Shown: in pieces, positions 29,809 to 37,444 of the stretch
Layout: every line of letters begins with the position of its first letter
How positions within the stretch are numbered: position 1 is the stretch's first letter
Source: Minisyncoccota bacterium
Lineage (GTDB): Bacteria > Patescibacteriota > Minisyncoccia > Phycocordibacterales > UBA9973
Reading direction: 5' to 3'
Assembly: GCA_035353995.1 (NCBI GenBank)
Contig: DAOQAL010000002.1
Span: 99,762 to 163,761, forward strand
DNA: 64,000 bases
Notes under the pieces: model-generated
What the model was told of the DNA's origin: nothing
The model's database searches: none
Seen by the model: the letters and a program-made list of their open reading frames with translations, nothing else
Program-made: the position numbers and the translations under genes

Positions 29809-30408
29809 GTGAAAGATTTATTTGTCTGGCTTACCGTGATCACAATGACCACGTTTATTATTATTTATGTATACCAGATTTATAAGCATAAAATTTTTCC
29901 AGCTCTGTCTACTTGGATTATATTTCTTTGTGGAGTTGGCCTAAGTTTTGTTACTTATATTATTTCAGAAAAAAATGATTTAAGTTCTGGCGTATTAAAT
30001 ACCATAGATCTCCTGAACGTAGTAGTTGTAACTATCGCAATAATTCTTTGGGGTAAAAGAAGTCTACATCTTAAGCCTTTTGAAAAATGGTATTTAGTTG
30101 CTGTTGGTTTAATTATTTTTTATGGAATAATAACTGGTGATGCATGGAGTTCAAATATCTTAACTCAAGTATTAATTAGTGTTGGATATTTTCCAACCAT
30201 ACACGGTTTATTAAAAAGTAGGGTAAACACAGAATCATTCATTGGGTGGGGAATTAACTTGCTTGTTAGCTTTTTTGCCTTATACCCAGCATCGGTTAAT
30301 GGTAACCTGCTTGCAATAATTTATGCAACCAGAGCAGCCGTCCTTATCTCTGTATTATTAATAATAATGGTTTATTGTGAATTGACTAAAAAGAAAAAAC
30401 TAGCCTAG
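29809..30408 (+). CDS. polytopic membrane protein with GTG start and strong SD
   Basis: 199 aa with about 6 TM helices. AAGGAGGT lies 7 nt upstream of GTG, which is atypical for this genome. It is homologous to the 61313..61912(-) ORF (shared YQI.K, W, and Y..T/RKK tail). Confidence 0.5.
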   Translation: MKDLFVWLTVITMTTFIIIYVYQIYKHKIFPALSTWIIFLCGVGLSFVTYIISEKNDLSSGVLNTIDLLNVVVVTIAIILWGKRSLHLKPFEKWYLVAVGLIIFYGIITGDAWSSNILTQVLISVGYFPTIHGLLKSRVNTESFIGWGINLLVSFFALYPASVNGNLLAIIYATRAAVLISVLLIIMVYCELTKKKKLA

Positions 30409-30457
30409 TACCGAAAGGGAAAGGCTTTTTTTATTTTATTCTTATGTCTTTGATACT

Positions 30458-30494
30458 GAGTTACCCCATAGGTCTTGCCTCTGGGGTAACTAGG
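30458..30494. repeat. island palindrome family, copy 5 (longest: 14-bp arms)
   Basis: GAGTTACCCCATAGGTCTTGCCTCTGGGGTAACTAGG. Confidence 0.7.
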
Positions 30495-30538
30495 TTTTAC
30501 TTGAACAATCTTTTTTCTTCCTTTTCAAAAGTTGTCAG

Positions 30539-30575
30539 AGCCAACCCCATAGGTCTTGCCTATGGGGTTCTTACC
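30539..30575. repeat. island palindrome family, copy 6 (perfect variant)
   Basis: GCCAACCCCATAGG-TCTTG-CCTATGGGGTTCTTACC. Eleven-bp perfect arms with CTCTGGGG changed to CTATGGGG. Confidence 0.7.
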
Positions 30576-30708
30576 TCCGTATAAAATACTATTGATTTTT
30601 TTGTATAGTATGTTATACTTTTAGTAATAAAAGTTTTTTTAAAAAAGTGGTTTTTGGTTTTCATAGGAGATAAATTTTGTCTTTTACGAAAACCAAAAAC
30701 CTCTAAAG

Positions 30709-31422
30709 ATGAAAAAAATCGTTTTTATTTTTGCAATGATGATGACATTCTCATCTTTGCAATTTGTGTACGCACAGGAAAATGTCGTACAGAACTGGAA
30801 TTTCCAAGAAGATTCGGACAATGACGGACAAGGAGATTATTGGACTTCACTTTGCTCTCCGTCTGTTTTTTCATGGAGCATCGTATACGGTGTTCAGTAT
30901 GTAAAGTGCGATTCAGTGTATTGTTACTCCGGGTCATTGGTGCAATATTTTCCGGATTCAATAATGCCTGGAACGTATATGCTTGAATTTGATACGTATT
31001 GTAGCAGAATTCTATGGCCATTTGTTGTACTACATGATTACAAACTGTCTTTCATCGGCACGGTTGTGCCGTCGACATGGCAACACTACGAAATTACATT
31101 TACTTCGTTAGCTTGGATAAGCGGTGTCGGTTTTTTAGCTGAGAGTGCAATTTCTCAAATAAAAATGGACAATGTAAAGTTGTATTTGCTATATGGAGTA
31201 GGATGTGAAAAACAAAAAGTAAAGCAATTAAAATTCTACCCGAATCCGGTCACTGATTACGTAAATATTTATTCATACGAAAATAAAAGAATCAGTATCT
31301 ACGATGTCTCCGGAACAAATTTTGGTCATTTTGATTTATTAAATGGTCAAAACAAGATCAATATGAGTTTTCTACCGTCTGGAATTTACATATTAGACGG
31401 ACAGAAAGTTCTGAAGAAATAG
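30709..31422 (+). CDS. secreted Cys-rich protein with Bacteroidetes-type T9SS (Por) C-terminal sorting domain
   Basis: Signal peptide ending ...VYAQ. The C-terminus KFYPNPVTDYVNIYSYENKRISIYDVSGTNF ... LPSGIYILDGQKVLKK matches the T9SS CTD consensus. G+C is elevated and there is no SD. Confidence 0.6.
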   Translation: MKKIVFIFAMMMTFSSLQFVYAQENVVQNWNFQEDSDNDGQGDYWTSLCSPSVFSWSIVYGVQYVKCDSVYCYSGSLVQYFPDSIMPGTYMLEFDTYCSRILWPFVVLHDYKLSFIGTVVPSTWQHYEITFTSLAWISGVGFLAESAISQIKMDNVKLYLLYGVGCEKQKVKQLKFYPNPVTDYVNIYSYENKRISIYDVSGTNFGHFDLLNGQNKINMSFLPSGIYILDGQKVLKK

Positions 31423-31439
31423 GGGGAAGTGGGAAAAAG

Positions 31440-31472
31440 GGAGGTCTCAATCAAAATGAACCTCCTTTTTTT
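31440..31472. terminator. intrinsic terminator (bidirectional)
   Basis: GGAGGT ... ACCTCC hairpin plus T7 run, between convergent genes. Confidence 0.6.
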
Positions 31473-32592
31473 AATTTGTACTATCTACTAAATATTTTTG
31501 TATATTTTTTTGATGCTCTTCATAAGTTGCCGAGCAGTGTGTTACACGATTTTTATCATGCAAATAGTATAAGCAATCTGTTTCTGTTGGATTTAATACT
31601 GCTTCAATTGCTGGTATACCTGGATTTGATATAGGATGTGGTGGTAATCCTTTATATTTATATGTATTAAAAGGGGAGTCACTTTCTTTTTCAGAAATAG
31701 TAATTGGAGCCCACCAACCATTTCCGATATCTCCTCGTGCGTATTGTAACGTTGCGTCTACACCTAAAAACATATTTTGGTTTAGTCTGTTCCATAAAAT
31801 TCCAGCAATTAATGGTATATCAGCATTATTTGATGCTTCTCTTTGAACTATTGATGCTAAAGTCAATGCTCTTGCCCATTTTATATTTTTTTCTGTAAAT
31901 TTAGGTAAATAAGAAACAAATTTTTCATTAAATTTTGATATTAAACGTTTTGCCATTAAAGATGGCTCTTCTGTAACAGGTATTAAATATGTATCAGGAT
32001 AATAAACACCTTCTATATATTCTTTACTTACGGCTGTGTCTTTTGTTATCCAATCATTTTTTTGTTTTGAAGACCAATTAAAAGTATCTGCAAGAATTGT
32101 TGCTATTTCTTCTTTTCTCAATCCTTCTTTTATTACTACCCATTTCATATAAGGATTCCCATGTAATACTTTATTAATTTGAGATTCTGTCATTTCTTTT
32201 GATAATTTATATGCTCCACTGGAAACTTGATTTTTTTCTTTATTTAATATTTCTGTAAAACTTTTTGAATCTTTTATAAAACCAGCTTGTAATAAACTAT
32301 CTGCAATTTCTTCATTTGTTATATTTTTTTGTACTATAAAACGATCTGTGCCTTCAGGTAATACTTCTTCAGGTATTGTTTCAGTTTTTGTTGTAGGAGT
32401 AAGTACAACAGGTTCCTCTATTGTTTTTTCATTTTTTGATTGTGAGTTTTCTACATTTATATCTACATTGTTTTCATTTTCAGATTTATTTTTTTTAAAA
32501 AATACAAAATAGACAGCAATTAAAATAATTATTGCTATTAAAAGTATTAATAAAATTTTTTTCGTTTTAGTCATTTTTTTGGTGTAATCCAT
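31471..32592 (-). CDS. mltG: endolytic murein transglycosylase MltG (YceG family)
   Basis: N-terminal TM anchor. The C-terminal block NTYKYKGLPPHPISNPGIPAIEAV matches the YceG/MltG signature (NTY...GLPP.PI.NPG). Confidence 0.7.
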   Translation of the reverse strand: MDYTKKMTKTKKILLILLIAIIILIAVYFVFFKKNKSENENNVDINVENSQSKNEKTIEEPVVLTPTTKTETIPEEVLPEGTDRFIVQKNITNEEIADSLLQAGFIKDSKSFTEILNKEKNQVSSGAYKLSKEMTESQINKVLHGNPYMKWVVIKEGLRKEEIATILADTFNWSSKQKNDWITKDTAVSKEYIEGVYYPDTYLIPVTEEPSLMAKRLISKFNEKFVSYLPKFTEKNIKWARALTLASIVQREASNNADIPLIAGILWNRLNQNMFLGVDATLQYARGDIGNGWWAPITISEKESDSPFNTYKYKGLPPHPISNPGIPAIEAVLNPTETDCLYYLHDKNRVTHCSATYEEHQKNIQKYLVDSTN

Positions 32593-33431
32593 ATTACATC
32601 TTTATCTTTTTTAAACCAAGTCATTTGTCTTTTTGCGTATTTATATATTTCAGAATTTAGTTTTTCTATCATTTCTTTTTTTGTAATTTTACCTTGTAAA
32701 TAAAGGGATAAATAACGATATTCTAGACCAAGTTCGTTCATTCTTTTAAAGGATAAACCATTTTTATGTAAATTTTCTCCTTCTTTTATCATGCCGGATG
32801 ATATTCTCTTTGAAAGTCTTTTATTTATTCTTTCTTTTAAAATATCATAAGGTATAGATATTCCAATTTTTACAAACTCATATTCTTGTTTTTTACTAGA
32901 TTTAGAAAGTTTGGGGACTTTTCCTAAAGTTTTTGCTATCTCAATAGCTCTGATTAATCTAACTTTGTTATTTTTATCAATATTTTTTGCACGACTATTG
33001 TCTAATTTTTTTAGCATTTGAAAAAGTTCTGTAATATTTTTCTTTTCCAAAACTTTTCTAAGTTTTTTATTTGGTGGAACTTCTGGAAAATTTATATTTT
33101 TTACAACTGCATCAATATAGAAACCAGTTCCTCCACAGATTATTGGAGTTTTGCCATGCGAAATTATCTTTTTTATATTTTCATCAGCAAGTTTTTTATA
33201 TTGTGCAACTGTAAAAACTTTTTTAGGATTAGCTACATCAAGTAAATAGTGTGGTATGCCACACATTTCTTTTTTTGTAATTTTGCCAGTTCCCAAATTG
33301 AGTCCTTTATAAACTTGCCTAGAATCCGCAGAAATAATTTCTCCATTTATTTTTTTTGCAATTTCTACAGCTAAATCGCTTTTGCCTGTAGATGTTTGTC
33401 CCAAGATTATAATTACCGTTGGCTTTTCCAT
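32571..33431 (-). CDS. miaA: tRNA dimethylallyltransferase
   Basis: P-loop GQTSTGKSDLAVEIAK and ISADSRQVYKGLNLGT. Length 286 aa. Confidence 0.85.
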   Translation of the reverse strand: MEKPTVIIILGQTSTGKSDLAVEIAKKINGEIISADSRQVYKGLNLGTGKITKKEMCGIPHYLLDVANPKKVFTVAQYKKLADENIKKIISHGKTPIICGGTGFYIDAVVKNINFPEVPPNKKLRKVLEKKNITELFQMLKKLDNSRAKNIDKNNKVRLIRAIEIAKTLGKVPKLSKSSKKQEYEFVKIGISIPYDILKERINKRLSKRISSGMIKEGENLHKNGLSFKRMNELGLEYRYLSLYLQGKITKKEMIEKLNSEIYKYAKRQMTWFKKDKDVIWITPKK

Positions 33432-34753
33432 TACTTCAAAGTTTTAATATCAGCACCAATAGAGTTTAGACGTTTTACTATTTCTTCATAACCGCGATTA
33501 ATCATATACACATTGCGAAGAATTGATGTTCCAGGTGCCGCTAGCATTGTGATTAAAATTATCATAGATGGACGAAGTGCAGGTGGACAAACAACTTGAG
33601 CTGATTTTAAACATGTTCCTCCTTTTATATATACACGGTGTGGATCAGCTAACGTAATATTTGCACCAAGTCTATTTAATTCAACAAAATATATTGCTCT
33701 ATTTTCAAAAATCCAATCATGAATCATTGTTTCTCCTTTAGCTTTTAAAGCGATAGGAACAAAGAATGGTAAATTATCAGCATTAATTCCAGGATATGGA
33801 TTTGCGTGAATTTTATCATCCAGAGCTTTTAGTTTACTTGGAAAAATATGAATATCAACCAATCGTGTACGTTCATTATAAGAATAATATGGTTTAGAAA
33901 GTGTATATTTTAAACCCATTCTTTTTAATTTTTCTATTTCTAGTGCAAGAAAATCTATCGGACAGCGCGTTATTGTAAGTTCTGAATCAGTTACAATTGC
34001 TGCAGAAATAAAAGTCATAGATTCAATTGGATCTTCACTATTCCAGTATTCTACTTTTTGATTTATTTCTTTCACACCATGAATTACGAAAGTGGAAGCA
34101 GAAATTCCTTCTATTTTTACTCCCAATTTTTCTAAGAAAAATCCTACTTCTTGTACCATGTAATTTGCGCTAGCAAAACGAACAGTAGTTTCGCCTGGAA
34201 TAAGTGCAGCAGCCATTAAAATATTTTCACAAGCTGTATTTCCGGCTTCATACATTACTATATCTGCTGGCTTTAATTTTTTTACAGAAATTTCATAATT
34301 TTCTGATGTAGTTTTGATTTTTACTCCTAAGTCTTCAAGAGCATAAGTATGAGCGGATACAGTTCTTTTCCCTAATTTACATCCTTGAGCATGGGGAATA
34401 GAAAATTTAGGCAGAAAGTGAATTAATGGACCCAAGAGCATTATTATAGATCTTGTTTTAATTGCTGACTCTTGATTTATTTTTTCTAGATTAAATTTTT
34501 TAGGAGGATTTATGACTATTGTATTTTTTCCTTTCCACTCTACTTTTACTCCTATACTTTCAATAATTTCTATTACTCTATAAACTTCCTCAATTCGTGC
34601 AATTCCATGCAATGTTGTTGTTCCTTTATTTAAAAGGGAAGCACATAAAAGACCAACAGAACCATTTTTTGAAAAATTTGTTTTTATTGTTCCACTTAGT
34701 TTTTTTCCACCATTAACTTGAAAATCTATAGTATTGTATTCTTTTTTTGTCAT
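33431..34753 (-). CDS. murA: UDP-N-acetylglucosamine 1-carboxyvinyltransferase
   Basis: 440 aa with an EPSP-synthase-like fold. The N-terminal ...VNGGKKLSGTI... KNGSVGLL region is typical of MurA. Confidence 0.85.
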   Translation of the reverse strand: MTKKEYNTIDFQVNGGKKLSGTIKTNFSKNGSVGLLCASLLNKGTTTLHGIARIEEVYRVIEIIESIGVKVEWKGKNTIVINPPKKFNLEKINQESAIKTRSIIMLLGPLIHFLPKFSIPHAQGCKLGKRTVSAHTYALEDLGVKIKTTSENYEISVKKLKPADIVMYEAGNTACENILMAAALIPGETTVRFASANYMVQEVGFFLEKLGVKIEGISASTFVIHGVKEINQKVEYWNSEDPIESMTFISAAIVTDSELTITRCPIDFLALEIEKLKRMGLKYTLSKPYYSYNERTRLVDIHIFPSKLKALDDKIHANPYPGINADNLPFFVPIALKAKGETMIHDWIFENRAIYFVELNRLGANITLADPHRVYIKGGTCLKSAQVVCPPALRPSMIILITMLAAPGTSILRNVYMINRGYEEIVKRLNSIGADIKTLK

Positions 34754-34760
34754 AATTTTG

Positions 34761-34844
34761 TGCCGCGGGAGAGAATTGAACTCTCATGAGGTTGCCCTCG
34801 AACGATTTTGAGTCGTTTGCGTCTACCAATTCCGCCACCGCGGC
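34761..34844 (-). tRNA. tRNA-Leu (anticodon CAA), long variable arm
   Basis: Hand-folded from the reverse complement: GCCGCGG-T-GGCGGAATTGGTAGACGC-A-AACGA-CTCAAAA-TCGTT-[variable arm]-GAGAG-TTCAATT-CTCTC-CCGCGGC-A. Confidence 0.8.
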
Positions 34845-34928
34845 AATCTACTGCAATAAACATATTCTACACAAAATTATTCCCAAAATCAATTTTTAAA
34901 AAATATTCTAATATGTTAGAATAGCTTA

Positions 34929-35966
34929 ATGTCAAACTTATATTCCAATTCAATTTTCTGGATAGATACAGATAAAATCAAACCAAACCCTTATCAACCA
35001 AGGCGAGATTTTGATGAAACACGATTAAAAAATTTAGCTGATTCAATAAAGCAATATGGAGTTTTACAACCTTTAACTGTTTCAAGAACAGAAATTGAAA
35101 AAGAAGAAGGTGGTCTTTTTACAGAATACGAACTTATTGCAGGAGAACGAAGACTTCGTGCAGCAAAGATGGCTGGAGTTTCTCAAGTGCCAGTTATTAT
35201 CAGAGAAGGAGATACTTCTATGATGAAATTGGAACTTGCTATTATTGAGAATTTACAAAGAGAAGATTTAAATGCTGTTGATAGAGCAAGAGCATTTTTG
35301 CAATTATCAAATGAATTTAAATTTACTCATGCAGAAATTGCAAAAAAAATGGGCAGAAGTAGGGAATATGTTTCAAACACTTTGCGTATCCTTACATTGC
35401 CTGAAGAAATTTTAAATGCATTAGCAGAGGGTAGAATATCAGAAGGACATACAAGACCACTTTTAATGCTTATTGATCATCCTCAAGAGCAGATGGTTTT
35501 ATTTAAAGAAATAATATATAAAAAAATAACAGTTAGAGAAGCTGAAGCTTTGGCTCGCAAAATAGCTTATGACAGAGTTAGGAAAAAAGAATTTATGCCT
35601 GATCCTGAAATCGTAGAATTAGAAGAAGAATTTCAGGAAAAATTAGGTACAAGAGTTCATATAGAGAGAAAAGAAAATGGTGGACAAATTAAAATAGATT
35701 TTTTCTCAAATGAAGATCTACGAACGATTCTTGATTTAATGAAAAAAACAAATATTTCTAAAAATCCAGAAGAAATGTTGAATAACTATATAGATAAAAA
35801 AGATACTAAAAATGAATCAACTGAAGTATCTTTAGGAAAGACAGAAAACATAGAAAATATTCCAAGTCCAGTTTCTGATGAAGGATCACCAATTGATGAT
35901 AGAGCTCCTGAAGAAATAAAAGAAGACGATTCAAATCTTTACGATATTTCTAATTTTAGTCTCTAG
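34929..35966 (+). CDS. parB: chromosome partitioning protein ParB/Spo0J
   Basis: ParB box I/II (KPNPYQPRRDF, GVLQPLTV, LIAGERRLRAA) plus a helix-turn-helix. It has an acidic C-terminal extension. Confidence 0.8.
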   Translation: MSNLYSNSIFWIDTDKIKPNPYQPRRDFDETRLKNLADSIKQYGVLQPLTVSRTEIEKEEGGLFTEYELIAGERRLRAAKMAGVSQVPVIIREGDTSMMKLELAIIENLQREDLNAVDRARAFLQLSNEFKFTHAEIAKKMGRSREYVSNTLRILTLPEEILNALAEGRISEGHTRPLLMLIDHPQEQMVLFKEIIYKKITVREAEALARKIAYDRVRKKEFMPDPEIVELEEEFQEKLGTRVHIERKENGGQIKIDFFSNEDLRTILDLMKKTNISKNPEEMLNNYIDKKDTKNESTEVSLGKTENIENIPSPVSDEGSPIDDRAPEEIKEDDSNLYDISNFSL

Positions 35967-37435
35967 CGTTTACCAAAAGATTTTAGTTTTGCAAGTAAAC
36001 TATTTTTTTCCAAATAGACTTTTATTTGTTTTTTTGCACTTGAAGTCTTTACATAATCAAGCCATTTTCCAGATGGGTTAGATTCTTTTCTCGTAATGAC
36101 TTCAACAATATCTCCATTTTTAAGTTTTGTGCTTATTGGAGCTATTTTTGAATTAACTTTTATTTGGGAAACGTGTTTTCCTATATCTGAATGAATTGCA
36201 TATGCAAAATCTATAGGACTTGAATCTTTTGGCAAATCTATAACGTCTCCTTTAGGAGTAAAAATAAAAATTCTATCACTAAAAAAATCTGTTTTTAAAT
36301 GTTCAATAAATTTTTCTGGTTTTTTAGGATTATTTTTTAAATTTTTTAATTCTTCAATCCAATCAAACTTTGTTTTTTGTGTTGTAGTATTATTTTTCTT
36401 TTCATTCTCTTTATATATAAAATGAGCAGCTACACCAAATTCAGCTTCATTATGCATTTCTTGTGTTCTAATTTGTATTTCAGCAATTCCACCTGATCCA
36501 GTAAAAATAGTAGTATGTAATGATCTATATCCATTTGTTTTTGGTAAGGCAATATAATCTTTAATTCTATTTGGTAAAGGATGCCATATTGAATGAACAA
36601 TTCCTAGAACTCTATAACATTCTTCAACTGTATTTACAATTACACGAAGAGCAACTATGTCATATATCTTATCTAAATCCATATTATAATGTAACAATTT
36701 TTTATATAAACTATATTTATGTTTTATTCTATAATCTATATTTATATATTTTATTTTATTTTTCTTTAATTCTTTTTCTAATGTATCTTTAATTTCATCT
36801 AAATATTTTTTATATAAAAATTTCTTTTCTTCTAATATTTTTTCTATTTCTGAATATTCTTTAGGATATGCGAAGGGGAATGCTGCATCTTCAATTTCAC
36901 CTTTAAGTTTTCCCATTCCTAACCTATTTGCAAGTGGTGCGTAAACTTCTATTGATTCTAATGCAATTCTTTTTCTTTTATCTTCACGAATAAATTCTAA
37001 AGTTTTTAAGTTGTGTAATCTATCAGCAAATTTAATTGCAACAACACGCAAATCATTTGCCATTGCAATAAAAAATTTACGTAAACTTTCTACGTGTCTT
37101 GCTTGTCCGTGATATTTTAATGTTCCTAGTTTTGTAACTCCTTTAACTAGAAATAATACATCGCTACCAAATTCTTTTTCTAAATCTTCTTCTTTTATTT
37201 TTGTATCTTCAAGAACATCATGAAGTAAACCAGCAACAACTGTTTTAATATCTAATCCAAATTTTGCTATTGTTTTTGCTGTTTCAAATACGTGAACAAA
37301 GTAAGGATCTCCATTTTCTCTTTTTTGTCCCTCGTGCGCTTTTTGTGAAAAAGCATAAGCTTTTCTAATTAGTTCTTCATCTTTTTTATTTATTTCTCCC
37401 GAAATTAAATTTAGAAGTTCTTCTACTTCAGTCAT
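35963..37435 (-). CDS. rel: (p)ppGpp synthetase/hydrolase Rel (RelA/SpoT family), short form
   Basis: HD domain (HDVLEDT), synthetase domain (RSLHTT, YRS) and TGS-like region. At 490 aa it lacks the C-terminal regulatory ACT/RRM region. Confidence 0.8.
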   Translation of the reverse strand: MTEVEELLNLISGEINKKDEELIRKAYAFSQKAHEGQKRENGDPYFVHVFETAKTIAKFGLDIKTVVAGLLHDVLEDTKIKEEDLEKEFGSDVLFLVKGVTKLGTLKYHGQARHVESLRKFFIAMANDLRVVAIKFADRLHNLKTLEFIREDKRKRIALESIEVYAPLANRLGMGKLKGEIEDAAFPFAYPKEYSEIEKILEEKKFLYKKYLDEIKDTLEKELKKNKIKYINIDYRIKHKYSLYKKLLHYNMDLDKIYDIVALRVIVNTVEECYRVLGIVHSIWHPLPNRIKDYIALPKTNGYRSLHTTIFTGSGGIAEIQIRTQEMHNEAEFGVAAHFIYKENEKKNNTTTQKTKFDWIEELKNLKNNPKKPEKFIEHLKTDFFSDRIFIFTPKGDVIDLPKDSSPIDFAYAIHSDIGKHVSQIKVNSKIAPISTKLKNGDIVEVITRKESNPSGKWLDYVKTSSAKKQIKVYLEKNSLLAKLKSFGKR

Positions 37436-37444
37436 AATTAATGA

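Noticed and set aside
26359-30575. Possibility that the palindromic repeats form a CRISPR array.
   Set aside because: Spacing is highly irregular (42 nt to ~2.7 kb). Protein-coding genes lie between copies. There is no leader and no cas genes.
26359-30575. Possibility that the palindromes are integron attC sites.
   Set aside because: The copies are near-identical to one another, whereas attC sites share structure and not sequence. They lack the GTTRRRY/RYYYAAC core sites. No intI or attI is present in the window. The cassette-like analogy is kept only as a hypothesis.
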